From Tubiluchus corallicola (Eukaryota; Animalia; Priapulida): a stretch of DNA of 64,000 nt. The stretch spans positions 1 through 64,000 of the forward strand of contig JAQGDQ010000429.1 in assembly GCA_030141605.1 (NCBI GenBank), given 5' to 3'. Below, one piece after another: positions 13,117 to 28,100 of this stretch. The notes beneath the pieces were generated by a model. It was not told the origin of the DNA and made no database searches. It was given only the letters and a program-made list of their open reading frames with translations. The stretch's first letter is position 1, and every line of letters begins with the position of its first letter. Position numbers and translations under genes: made by a program.

Positions 13117-16100
13117 TTAGTCCTCTAAAGGTTTAGTTGATATTCCAGCTTCAGCAAGTCGTTTTTGCAAAGGTCGGTCATAAATCCAGTTTTCTCCATT
13201 TTCGTGAAAGAACTGAAAAAACAATGAACAACGCTTACATAGTTCAACGCTTACATGGTAAACAATTTCTGAGTTTTGCAACTAAGAAAGTGAATTTTCT
13301 ATTTTAAGAGTTTCATTTCACGCACATATTTTCTACCATTTCACATCATAATCTTCTTAACTTTATTTCCTCATTGCGTAACACTAAAACTTTAGAAAAG
13401 TTCTTTACTTACAACTTATTTCGTTAAGACCATACCATAATCCCCCCCCCCCAGTACTTTTACCCATTCTTGCAATTTCAGTCTATTTTGATGACATATT
13501 AATTTTCTTTTCTAGTTCTTTCTAGGGGTGAGCATTCTTTATCAGAAAGCAAATTAAAATCGAACTGAATTCTTGATTTTCAAAGTCGTGTAAAACCAAA
13601 ATACGAATACGAATCGAACTCAAATTCGGTTTTGAAGATTTTCGAATAAATTTTTGAATCACAAGTACAAAGTGCTTCTGCAAAGATCAAAAGTAATGCT
13701 TTTTGATTCGGTTCTGCGGAACAAAACTAATAATTTTTTAAAAATTGTGCACAGAAATCATGCTAAACTGAGCTGAATGCATACTGTTTCAAACTATATA
13801 CCTTAATGATAAAGAAGGTATATAGTTGAAGTGGTGAATTACTTGATTCCATAATTTTTAGGTTCGAAACGAATTCGAATAAAAAAATTTGTTCGTTCGG
13901 CTGAACAAACTTGTTTGTATAAGAACTAAAAGGGAACATCGAACGTTCAGACCTGATTTTTGTGCAAAGCTATTTTATTCAGATGCATTCAACCACTATT
14001 ATACACAACAAAAGTTATTAATGGTAAGGGTCAGTAAAATCTCTCGCTTCACGAGAAACTGCATTTCTCACTTCAATTCAAAAGGCAAGAAATATATCAA
14101 AGAAATAGGAAAGTTCTCTAACACTGAACTTTACTGTACAAACCAAATAAGAACATATAAATAAAATGTATATTAGTACAGTTACCAATTACTAATTCTA
14201 GACAAAATTATTATTATTGTTATAATTATTATTATTACTTATTATTTAGCTCTAGATGAAATTTGACATTTTACTGAGTATTCAATTCCTATAAACTTGA
14301 ATTTATTTTACTCAGCATATATTTGCAACAAAATTATAACAGGTCTCAATTCTTGTAAGATGGGATAAAAAAAAATTCCAGACTTCTAGAAGTCTATTAC
14401 TTAAAATACTGCAAAAGCTACAATAGCGTTATTTTAGCAGCACCTTTGTGTTACAAACTCGGCTACCAGAAACATCCACATTTCTTAGATAAACAAACGA
14501 CATACTTTTGTTTCAACTTTGGCTCCCTTCTCTTTCCTCTCCTTTGCTTCGGCTCTTTGTCGTTGTTCCAGGAAATATTTGTGCTCTGTTGCTTTTTCTA
14601 CATCCCTGATTGTTAACGCAGCAGTAACGTCTTTCCACAACCTGAATTCGAAATTTTTATCAAATACGACATTGTGGCCACATGAAAATGATGGTAGATT
14701 GTAAGCCGATATCCAGATATATTAGTAGATCCTACTAATGCTGAATGTGCTGTGAGACCAAAGTTTGTTATCAAAGTTGCTTGAAATGTGACAGTAAACC
14801 ATCAAAGAAATGTCTCAGCTGCATTCTGATGGTACAAACCCTTTTCCTTAACAAGAAAAACAATTGGGACAGTATGGATGGCAGATGAAACAGCACTGAA
14901 CTATTCCTGGGATTCATCCGTTTGCTTACTATACTAGCCAGACCCTGCATTGGTAACTTTCGTAACTGTTTTTTTTTCTCAAGTTTACCATTAACCTGGG
15001 CAGCACCAAAGCAACACTTTCTCCCTGATGCTGCCGGGAGGCGTATCCGTAGCCTTAGCCTAATAATTATAATAACACGTTAATGCTTTCTGTGTAAAAA
15101 TTTTTAAATTCTCATTCTGTGCTCAGGTAAATCTAATAAATTCTATTCTATTCTATTCTAAATCCTCATTCCTGATAACTCAGCTATCCCTTCTTCAAGT
15201 TTATTATCTTAGAAGGAGATTACAATTCCCCGCACAATTCAAATACCCTAACTCTAGCCCTAACCCTAACCCTAACCCTAAACCTAACTCTAACCCTGTT
15301 CCTAACCCAATCCCAGCCTTAACCCTAGTCCACTTCACAAACTAATTTCTTTTGTGTGGGGAATTGTAAACTTTCGCCATTATCGCCATTTGCATCAAAC
15401 CAGTCTATTTAAGAGTTTTTTGCACCAGGAAAAACCAAAGTTGACAATTATTTACATATATTTACATGTTTGGATTTATAACATAAACAAACAATGAACA
15501 CAGCATTATGTTTAACAGCAAAATGTCTTACCTCCGTGACTCATAAGGTCCTTGCTCGGAAACCGGTTTTACTTGTTTCTTGATGACTGGCATGTGCTTC
15601 GTGTCAACAAATACTTCCGTACGCTGGAATACATTAAAATAAATAATAAACTTGTGTGAATAAAATGCTCTAAACGACAAAAAATATAATTTGTGAGGCA
15701 AAGGGCATAGAAACAGCAGGAAGACGTGCATAAATTGTCTGATGAAATTGAGAAGAGATTTAGTAACTTGTATAACATTAAAGTAAAACTAAACCCTCAT
15801 TATAATGTAAACTGTTATAACTTAAAATCCTACTCTCATTACGGATATTCAATTTCTGATATTATAAACTTACTGTAAAACTTGTTTCTCTTGACTTTTT
15901 ATCACCTGATTGTTAGTAGTATTAAATTTGAAGAACCGTCATTTTTCGTTGTGCGAGACGAATGATGTAATAAGTACAATCACGAGGTTCACCAAAGATT
16001 GGTAAACAAACATCAGTAACCAAAGACGCTTTCTTGTACTTCATTCTCGCACCAAAGACGCAAAACATGGCAATTTTTAAGCAATGCGTGCATTCGAAAT

Positions 16101-19100
16101 TCACCAAAAAAGGGTATAAGTTTCTTTTGTTTAATAATAACTATGAATTCTTTGTATAATCGTAATAATGAGTTGAAAAAACTTAAATGTCTTGTTGGGG
16201 TTATACAGACCTATAAAAACTAGCAAATACTATTTCATATAGTCCTATCATCTAAGAGATAATCATCTAAATCACACAGCGAATCAGCAAAAAAGCATTA
16301 GAGATAGGATGTAGCCACACATAATTAAAGAACAAAAACTGGACTAATTTGTTATCATAAAAAACAAATGGAATGCAGATGCTTAGCTGACTACGCAAGT
16401 GCAAGTGATAATCTAGACTTAAAAATATCTTTGTATGAAACTTATTAATTCTCTTAGCAAAACAGCAAATGGAAGACTGATGGTACGGAAGTCTAGTTAA
16501 TCATAAAAGTACAAATGTATTTCTCACAGAGACTTTGTATGCAAATTTACCCCAGTTTTTTCATGTTTGGCAACCATTATCCCATTCCACTCTCCAGTGA
16601 CAGTAAGAAACGGCTTCTTCCCTGTCTGCATCACTTCCGCTTGGATGCGGTGCTTCTTACCACCGTAGAATGGCTAATTGGGGAAAAACAATTTGTGTTA
16701 GGGATAAACAATAACTATGTTTAAACTAAAAAAATACCTATTTCAGAATACTGAATTTAATGATTATTCCCTACTAACAATCAAATTTTCAAATTATAAA
16801 CTTCATTTGTCTATTTCAGAAGCACATGTTACCTCATTAAAATTTAATTATACTTTGTAATTATACTTTATAATTAAGAAATATTTTGTGGTTGTACCTT
16901 TTTCATATTTTTTTGACTACTGAGCTCGTCTAAACCTGAGAAATGTGTTTTTTTCTGCTGACAGGTACATTTTACTACAGCTCAAATATTTCGGAATTAA
17001 AAACAGCATTTAAAAGTCAGACTTACCTTTGTGAGGAAGTCTATAGTTGCACTGTAACCCGTTTTTGAACACATAATTGTGATTCTCCCACCGAGTTCTA
17101 TCCAAGGCACTGTTAATATTGACCTAAAACAAGGAATAACCCATTGTTTACTATTATAACTTAGTCACTCGAAAGCAAATTGTATGCAGTACTCGCCATT
17201 TAATAAAACTAGTACCGGACCAGGGATAAGTGGTCTTAAAAAATGGAAGTTTAATTATTATTCAGTAGTCTTTGCAAGCGCGTGTATTTGGCAAAGTACA
17301 CTCTCTAAACACTTCACCTTAATTACTACTAAACGAAAATTAAACATGGGGCAGTCAGTTCATTCACATACTTACAAGAATGACTCATGTGTACAACAGT
17401 GACTCAAGTTCATTTAACAGACTAAAATGCACAGCAGTTATTATGAAACAGTCAACTTTAAGTTTCAGTGCGACTTTGACTAAGAAGAGCTGGATCTAGT
17501 AAAAGGGACATAAATTTCTCTTTTGTCTTAAAAAATATGCAAACTATCTAAGACACAGTTTATTTTTTTATTTTGCTATTGCTTTTGTCGCCCACATTGA
17601 AAAATATGGTCATATCAAATGGTTCACTCGTTCTATTAACTAAACTTTTCTAACAATAGTTTCTACTAGAGTAATTCCACATCGTGCCTGTATGGTTCTA
17701 AAATATGGCTGGTTTTACTATCCATGGCTTATTAAGTGTTGACTGCTGTACTACCAAACAAACATGTTTTAAACAGTTTCAACGACTGACGTGAATCTCA
17801 GTACACCAAATTTTGAAAATAGTTGCTAAATTGCCTTCCAGCAAGCACTCCTAGATAAGTACTGCTCAACGAAAATGCTAGACAAGGCTTACAAAAATGT
17901 AACAAGCAATGTAACTTATAGCAACTAGACACACAGCGATAAGAAAAGTAAAACAGTTAACAGCATCTATGTCACAGTGCAGAAAGCCACACAAAATGCT
18001 TTCAAAATGACTAAAGTAATGCATTAAATCCACACCAATCAGAGTACAAAAGTGACGTAAAGTTTACTAAATCTGATTTTTAAAAACTCTTCAAGAACTT
18101 TGAAACTTTAAAACTAATTTTACACAATACGGTTTTCATAAATTTTATATCAGCTTTATCCTACAAAGTGACATGAATTCTGTATATTATTTTAGTCTTA
18201 ATTTACATTGTAGTGGTAAACCACCAAACTGAAAAAGTGTTTCGTATTAACATTAACTATCTTACAATATAACGAATATATTGACACACAGTTCTTAAAA
18301 CCTATATTTTCATTCCATATGTGAAACATTTAAATATTACCTTCCATAACCATTTGGAAATGTTATTATGTACTCTTCACCATGATCTAATAGAGCCAGA
18401 CATCCTTGACCAATCATGTGCACGCCAATGGACAGTCCCAAGAATTTAGACTTGGTCCATATGTGAGCGTTTAGTGAGATCCGTTTGTTGTAGTGTTCAG
18501 CATAGAAAGCTGATACTGAAAACATGCAAAGTCTATACTAATTCTTGAAATCTCAACAAAAACTTGGAAAATTTTGAATAGCTCGAAATTATGGAAGAAT
18601 GGAAATTCAAGAAGAATTCAACAAGCGATCAAATGTACTCCTTATCTTAATCAACATTTACCATTTGTATTAGTCACACATTTGTGAAACCAGTTCTATT
18701 TTGCTAAATCATAAAGATTATGCACAGCATGGCAAGAGAAGTACGAACGAAAGACAGCGGCAAATGATTACTAGAGATACACACAAGTAACATAAGGTAG
18801 TTTACCATTGGCAGACAAAACGCAGTAGACAAAAATTCAGCAGTTAAATAGAATTAAGTCTTTTTCCAGCTGTACTATATCACAATTGGTTATTGAAATA
18901 TGAAAAATAAATAAACAGATGACTACTTGTTCACAAATTTATTGCTTACATAAAATACTAGTGTAATAGCATTGATGGAGATAAACACCTTCTGAATGTA
19001 TCCTCTTGTTTATTGCATCAACGTTGGTCAGTTTATATAAAAAACGTAAACGTTTCAATACCGTGCACATATTTACTTACTTGGCGGATGATGAGACACT

Positions 19101-22100
19101 TGCTCAGCAATCAGGCACAAATTATCACGAGTTGCCCACGGCACTGGGCCATCATCTGACAGCTCCGTACACCCCTACAAGCAAAAAAGTCTACTGTGAA
19201 TAAGTCTTAATAGCTTATTCAGGATCTTTGTCAAACTGCTATGGACATGTACTTCTGACGCTGTCTTTCATGCACAGAAAAAAAACCAAAACCTAAGAGT
19301 ACGCAGTACATTAATATGGACGCATGTAAACATTATATCTACTTTAATATACTGTGTTGTCTTAGCATCTTGTTACTTTGTTTTTTGTTGCTACAATGTG
19401 TTAGTACAGCAAACTACGCTTGAAATGGATTTATTAAGAGGCTGAATTTAAAAACCTAAGAGACCTGTTAAGTAGCATTTTCTATGTTATTACAGCACGT
19501 ATTGTTTTAAATATTTTGCCAAGACTTAATACTCGGTGAACTGCTTGCGAAAAGTTTTTAAGTAAAGTGCAATAATTTATCACATAACTAAAGCAACTGA
19601 GTAAGATATGTACTGTTATGTATGATGCCTTCACCCTTTAAATGTATTACAGTTGTTTGCCAAGTTAAAAAAATGCAATGCATGTAACTTTGATAACACC
19701 GATGATTCAGCAATCATTTATTGGAGTCATTAACATTCTCACACATAACTGTATATCAGTAAGAAATAGCATGTTACTTTTAATTAATTGCATATGCAGA
19801 AAAGTAAGCAAGACGATTACATAAAGTGCAGAGAAGTTTAAAATCGAAACATGTCTAGCGTAGTTTATTATAGTGAATTTTTTCGAAGACAAGTTTGAAT
19901 GACACGCTTAAGTTTGGGGGAGTGAATGGTCACATGTTTGAACAGTCACTGTTCTGCAGTCTACGGTGTAGTGTTTCCAGCGCGTCGCATTTCGGCAGCC
20001 GATAGAGTAATCTATATTCATCATCATCGTCACTGTTGTCTTACTGTTATTAAGGTAAAAAATGCAGAAGTGATTAGAATAATGATGCTAATCTGGCTCA
20101 AGTTAAAAATGGCTGCAAATTCCACTGTAAAATGTACAATGTACAGGTTACTTTTTTAAACAAGCATGAAGAATAAATATGTATCTTTCCTTAGTCTGCA
20201 AATTCACACTTGCTAAATTAAGGCCTTTCTTAATTTTCACAAAAATGAAAATATCTCAAACGAAATTTAATCAGCATTTCATCTCTTAGCTATAGCTATT
20301 TGCCACCGCATGCATAAAATGGCTTAAGTAAGTGAACTACAGATCATTTTCATTCCACAATACTTACAATTGAGGTTTGACTTCGATCTGTAGGCCAATA
20401 ACAATAGAAAACCTCTCCCAGTAACGGGTTGTACGGCTTCTTCGCAACAGTTCCTTTCCGTCCAGCATGGAATGCAGAAAGGTACCACCTGACAACTGCT
20501 ACCATTCTTGACTTCGGATCTTCATGATTGGGAATCCTTCAAGAAATGCACACACAGTAAAACCTCATTACTCATCCACACGATCAATTACCATACTTAA
20601 GTCTGTAGCATCATATTGTTTATACTAACTTAATATGCTAATACATGGCATTTTTAAAAGCAGTATTGTTAAATACTCTAGCAGGAGAGATTTGAAACTC
20701 ATGTAGAAAAGACACTACCCCACTCATTACCAGCTTTCTCAAGCCACTCAACCCAGGCTCAAAATCAAAATTAGCTGAAAGTCTAATTATCTTAATTTTA
20801 AAGTAAAATGATGCAATGCCAGTGGATTTGCATCACATAATTTTACTGTCCAGCAATTAATAATAATGGTTAATTTTTAACTAACTCTTGCAGTTTTTAT
20901 TCTATTTATCTTCTTCTTGATATAAATTTTCTAGGTAAAAGAAAATGATGCTCTGCAATAGTTTTACGATGGTTTGAATAATTTGAAATGCAGGAGTCAT
21001 CATATTTTTCTGTATACTAAAACTATAATGCCAGCACGCACCTGGAGTAAACCTCTAACATTTTAAAACATTGAACAACCTTGTAAATATCTCAAACTGG
21101 AAGTTAATGGCTAGGTCAAACTTGACAAAAAGAACTGAGAAATGAAACAACCATGAAACTTACTTTACAAATAAATCCGGATGTGCAAAAAAATCAGCGT
21201 ACATTTCCAATAGCGAGCGTTTTTCCAAAATGAACGTAGGAAGAACCACCTTTGTTAAGTCCATTCCTATTCTAACTTGCGATAGAAGATGCATGATAAT
21301 ACTTCCATGTTCTTCAACCGAACCAACTACATCAGAAAATATATAGACGAATAATTAAAAGTAAACATAATCAGATTCACTAAACAGCAAACAGCAGACT
21401 AACACCACTTCCTTTGCCACACCCCCACTCATTAGTTACAATATGAAAATGCCTTTAGGAGTTAATGTTACGCACATTGGTAACCATCTTCGGTTCAAGA
21501 TTTAACCACTTGTGGTGTGCTAAAAACCTTAATAAAAACAATCATCTGATAACAAATGAAACTTTGAGACAATCAAGTTAAATTAGCAGCAAAATGTAAC
21601 TTGAAGATTTAATTGAGACATTGACACTTCGGGTAAAGTTTACAATTCCCTACACACAAGAAATTAGAGTTTGTGAAGCAGATTAGGAATAGGTTTAGGA
21701 TTAAGCTTAGAGTTGGGGTTAGGATTAGGCTTAGGATTGGGTTAGGGTTAGGGCTAGAGTTAAGGCAAGGTTTAGGGTTAGGGCATTCAAATTGTGTGGG
21801 AACTCCTTTTGACACTTCTTAAATTATCATAAATAAAATAGAGCAAAAATACATTAAGGCATTTATTTTATTTGTCTAAACTGCAATTTGAGCAGACTAG
21901 TAGCAGTTAAGACAAAATGGAAACTCATCTCAGCATGATAAAACTCTACTCAAATCTTTCACAAATTTTATTACATAAAATACACTCAGACCAAAGCAAA
22001 AAATATTCTTTATGTCTTGCTAAGTTGGAGGAAAGAGTAAGTCAAGAATATTCTTACAATCTAAAACGTAGTTTAGTTTTCCATTCAATTTTTTATAGTT

Positions 22101-25100
22101 TAACACTTACGTTCATCCTCTTCGTCGTCATTATAAATACCTACAAAATAGTAAAGAATAAAAGTAAAAAACTTCATATATACGTCAGCATAAATCATGA
22201 ACCGGTTTCATGTGAAAAGAAAGAGAAATAACTTTGTCATAAATGTTGAATTTTCCTATCAAATTAGATCAACATTAAATACACCATCAAACACATCCTG
22301 GTTTGGAGGCCAAGTGATTTAGATTTTGGACTGCAACCACACAGCTTGAATTCGATACTAGCAGCTGCCAACACCAGGTCATATAACCTACATGTTATTT
22401 GTGCGTTGCGTCCTTATCTGTATTGGTGTAAATGTAAGTTGCTAAAAAGCCATTAATGTTTATGTTGTCCGTTAAACGTTAAACGAGTGACAGTAAACAA
22501 ATCTTGCCTTTGTCTTTGCACCTTCCTAGTTATTAATGCAGAAGCTACTTAATATGGACAAAGACAATTTTCTAAAGCACTCTTATTGTACTTTTAAAAT
22601 TTCAAAATTTACATTATCACAAACAACTTACTATCTACGTCCAACTCATCAACTGAAATACTAGCTTTCTCCAAAGCCGGTCGCACCTCTTTGAGGTGAC
22701 CATGAGAATCTTGACCTTCTGCAGTTGTAGGATCACAGGCAGACAAAGGACTAGAACTATGAAAAAAGGATTCAAATTCAATATTATGGTATACAGAATA
22801 GCTCAGAACTAATGTTCATACATAAATCAATGGAACATATACATTTACTAAAAAGAAATCACATAAACATGCGAACGCAATACTAAATAAAAGTCTGAAA
22901 ATTTTTTCATCTACTGGGACTCAAACCCAAAACTTTTTGAGCAGCTACGCTAGCTACTACACTACGGAGGCACTCAAACTTTTCAGAATTAAACAATAAC
23001 ACCGTAATCTATCAAAGGGAAATTACAGTTGACACTGTATCAAGACATAGTACAAAATCAATTTTATATAAACACACAAATGCAATACTAAATTAGAACG
23101 TCTGAAAAATTTTGTACCAATTGGGAGTTGAACCCAAGATCTTCTGTCTTTTAAGGTGCTATACTAGTCACTGCACTCCAGAAGGTACTAGACCAAGTAC
23201 TTTCTCTAAACAAAAAAGTACAGTAAAAGAACGCCAAACTAATTACTACTTCACACACAATCTGCAACTTTTCTTACTCAGGAAAATGTTTTGGACTTTT
23301 CTCTGCAGACTGGGCATCTTCAAATTCATCCGCATCATAATACTCATCTTCACTGCTGGAATAAGACACTTCGGGTACCAGGGTATGTACGTTCACCTGC
23401 TGTTCAACTAGTGCACCGAGATTCTCCGTGGGCAATGTAAGAGAGGTAGAGAAAGCACTGGCACCTGTTGATAACAGAAAAAACACAAAATGCAGTGACA
23501 ATATTTAGAAATTGCATAATATAAATGTAGGAGTGATGCAATAAGCCTTTTCACAGTTTCACTATGTTCACATGCAGCTACTGTAGATGTTGCTGGTAAT
23601 GAATCTAGCATGTCTTAATTAACTACAACGGTCACCTACATGTCACCTACAATAAACTCTACATGTAGGCGAAAAGGACGAAACACGTTAATGTTTTTGC
23701 TATAATATTACACATGTATAGTTTTAAACCAACAAGTTATTCCTATCCGAAAACAAATAGCAAAATAACAGCAGCAATTCAAGTAAAATAAAATAACTGA
23801 AGCGAAAAGTAATGCTAAAAACTGTTACTAATACAACAGCATGGGCTATAGGCACTGTCAAGTGTAAACAAATGCATTGTTTGGTCCAGATAACATTGTT
23901 AAGTTCACTTAACCTTTGACTTTTTCATGTTCTTCGTCAATCGCTGGAACTGTGAAAAGCCTGATCAGCACTAGAGAAAGCCAACATTAAGCAGTAAACA
24001 GAAAGCACAACCCATTCACAATACAATATCTTCAATATTCCAAACATATTTAACACTAATCATTGAACGTCAGTTTGTAAATATCTTGCTCTGCACAAAT
24101 ACCTTAGTACACAACTTCTCATGATGTGTCTCATGAAAAGTAAATGAAAACGTTCATTTTCTTGCATTTTCACAAAAAGATTTGTAACGCAATGACGAAA
24201 ATTTATACAATTTACTGCAATGCTGTTTCAGACAACAAAATATTTACAAGCATATTTAGTAGTTAATCAAAAGTATTTAATTTAGATCTGATTACGTTTA
24301 TGTGAACATCTTCATTCAATGACATGTTAGCGGGCTATTAATTTTTCTTTTTTGGTCGAATAGTGAAATAGGGTTATTGATTTTCTTTATGATCATTTAA
24401 TGAAATAGGGTTATTGATTTTGCTTACAATTTTGTGTATCTCAGTTTTATGGTTTTCCCCACAATCTTGTATGTCTCAGTTTTATAATCAAGGCTTTTTT
24501 CTCTGAGTACATTTCCTGCCATATAGAAGTACTGGTACGGTACAAAAAGGGTTACCAGTTTCTTGAACTTCCTGGTTTAGTGAAGCGTACAAGTTTATTA
24601 TTATACAAAAAAAGGTAATAGAGCGAAACTCATACACAGTCACTGACACTAAGGGAGGCGCAAACTTCTAAACTGCTTTTGAGTTTTGGCACATTTGGTT
24701 CACTGGAAAGTTAATTCATCGTCTTGGATTCTTAGTAATATGTTTTGGATGAAAAAGCAAAACAGTGTGCTTAACTTTGGAATAAACAAACGGTAGAAAT
24801 TAACTTGCAGTTCAAAGCGTTTTTGTTGATGCCACAACTATTATCTGTTATAACCAACGCAACACTGCACCATGATGACGAGCAAACAGTAATGCACCAG
24901 ACAGCAATAACAGACACTTGCAGCACCCACACTTGCTGTATCACAATCAGATGTATTAAAAAAACACAATGCATACCTCCTTCAGAAATAGAATTTCTTA
25001 ATGGAGTTTGTTCGTAGCCAGTTATGTTGTTTTCAACAGCTTCTCGGGCTTCCTCATCTACTCCTGTTCCAAAAAGGGATATAACTTAAAACATCTTGAC

Positions 25101-28100
25101 ACAAGATATAAGCTCTATAGAAAACAATATCAAGTTAATAAATTATTAATGTATACTATAAATGGAAAATTAACTTACATACTATAAACATAATTTTACA
25201 ATAAGTAAAGGTGCAGAAAAAAACAAAAAGACAACATAAAAAAGCACAGATTAATTTACATTAAAAACTTTGAACAAGAATGATTGACAAAAATGCATGA
25301 GGAAACACTCAACAAATACAAACACTTATTAAAGCATTTTATCAAGCATCATTGCTGTACATTCATTCCGAAACTTATAACAACATCATTTGCCTTTGTT
25401 AGTTTGTTTGCAAATGCTCCTTAATAAAGTAATGTCATCACAACAACTTACAATAGGCATGGTAAAATCTATGTATCAATATGACGAAATGAAATCAAAA
25501 TACCTTTTACACTTGAAGGAGGTAAGGCATGAAAGTCATCCGGCTTCAAAATGGCCGGCTCTGCGTCAGACGAAGATGGACTTAGTTGTGACTGTAAATA
25601 AAAACACAAACAAATGTGTTAACAACAGCGTCATGAAAGTCAAAATTTGATCATGATCGCTTGTTTGTCATTAGAACCATTACAATTTTTGTATTTTAAT
25701 TCTGTTAAGTGTTGTTCGCCAGTGTACTCTACCTGCGTTGACCATAGTTTTTAAACAAAACAAGGTACATATTAGTTGCTAAATATGCGAACAGACACTC
25801 GAAAGTAATAAAAGCCGAAATAGCTTAAAATCTATAAATGTCAAATTCTCTATGTAGCAGTCAGTAGCAGCCATTATCCTATAGGCTATATAGGCTGCAG
25901 TCTAGGTTCCTCAAGCTTTGGGGACCCCACAACCTTTGGTAACATTTGGTAAAAAAACTGCTTTTTCACTACGGTTTGTTGAAATATGTGTTAATTAGTT
26001 ATATAGCAGATTTCTTAAAGAATACTTTATTGACAAACACAAGATAGCTATTCTAGTTCATTTAAAGAATTTGCAATAAATTTACTTCAAGCTATGTCAA
26101 AGCCACTAAAATATATAACGAATAAAAAATATTCAAAACGGGTACAAGCCAATTAGGGGGTAAATTTTCATTGTTATCTAATGCTACTGATTTATTTTTT
26201 ACAAGTTTTTTTATAAGTTTATTAAATATCCACAAAGATCATCACAGCATAGTACTTAAAAGAATTTAACAACATATTTATTATTACATACACAAGATAC
26301 GAAGCTGCAAATGACCCATGGGGTACTCAAGAAGTAATTACTTGTTCAGAGCAACAACCAGATTACCAACAATCCTTGCACTGTTATATTCATGCTAAGA
26401 AGATATGCTAATTATTACTCCACATCATTTTAGTACTGTCGCAATTGAATAATAAACAATCCAACTTTAGTCACAAAATATCCAAAATGCGAAATGAATT
26501 CACTCACTTTTGCAATTTGCAACATCACAATTGAATGTTTGATACTTTCGATCATTTCCTAAAAAATAAAAAAACAAAATCGGATTAAATAATTACTGAA
26601 AGCTACAAACGTACGTGGGTGATTGTAAAATTATAAAAACGCAAGTAAACTTACATTAGCGTTGTGTCGAATTGTCTCAAGTTTTGACCGAATATCAAGA
26701 TTGTCACAAGATTTCAATCGAGTGTCAATAACCTACAGGAATAATACACTGTTAAGCTAATTATTCACTCAATAAAGTTACGTACAAGAACAGTTTAACT
26801 CTATTTACTGAAATGTTCTCTGAAAACTGCTGACACAAGTTTCCAATGAACTACAGTTTTATCTATAACTGCATGAATAATTCTTGGTCGTAACTTGGTC
26901 GTAACTAACTTCTGTTAAAAATACACATATGAGCAGAAAAGTTAGTCATTAATTTACATCTATAGCTTCTTTTGGAAAAATTGTTAATTTGAAGAAAGAT
27001 ACAGTGAATAATACCTAATGACTCCCTGTTTAGCGACATTTCATTTTAAACAAGTTCTTGGGGCCACATAATAAAAATAATGCTTTAAATAATACTAAGT
27101 CCATGGTGGTAAAGTTTCAGCATTTATTACACTGTGCACAGGTATATGCAGTTATACAGTAACTAAATTATTACTTTACCATCATTGTCTTAGTATTACT
27201 TAAAGCATTATCATTCCATTTTAACGATGCTGAACATTTGACACGTCTTCTTACATAAAGACTCATGTTTCATTTTAACAACAATTTCTTTTTACTTTAT
27301 GCAAAGCGATTTTTTTATTTTAGTAACAACTTTTTTATCTATTTTGAACCATTAAAACACTTACATATTCCGTTATTCTGTTTTAAAATTCCATTAGTAC
27401 CATAAAACAGTACAAAGACACGTAGGTGATTTTAAGCAAGCAGAAAGAAATTAATCAGTAGAAATATGAATAAAAATGTTTAATTTATATAAATTAAGCA
27501 GCATTGATTTTTGCCTATGGAACGTATCTCAATTCTGTTTTTATTACTTTCTATGGAAATCTTGGTTTCGTTTAATGTTGCATTTTGCTTGAACGCATTA
27601 GCGCCATTAAGGGAGATCTTGCTGTATTCTCATATTTTAGGCAACTTATGTAACTGCCACATGATAAAAAGTCAAAGCAAGTAGCCGACATAAACTGTAA
27701 TCTGTATATTTTTATACAAGCTTTCTTTCTGAACTGAATGTTTATGAGGACAAACGACTTTTTTTAATTAAAAAATGGATGTTTGTTTATTGTCGAGTTT
27801 GTTATGCTGTTAAGGGTGGCTGGTAGGTGGTTATTATGGACTTTTCAAACAAGGTCGCAATACAATTATAGTGAACTGCACATGAGTTTACATTGTAAAT
27901 GTACACGAAATGAGACGAATAAATCAAATCTACAATCAACACAGCGAATGCCACAAATTTATAGCAATGAAAAGAAATCATAAACGTAAAAGTTTGCTGT
28001 AATACCTGTAACTGTTCAATAAGAATTTGCAAGTATGCATCTGTTTCTAGCAGTTTCTTATCAAAATCTGCCAAACTGGGAGTAGTACCTATTTTTGACG

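Noticed and set aside
22305-22375. tRNA-like stretch (ggccaagtgatttag...ggactgcaac...gaattcgatact)
   Set aside because: Stems do not pair into a cloverleaf; at best a decayed SINE head.
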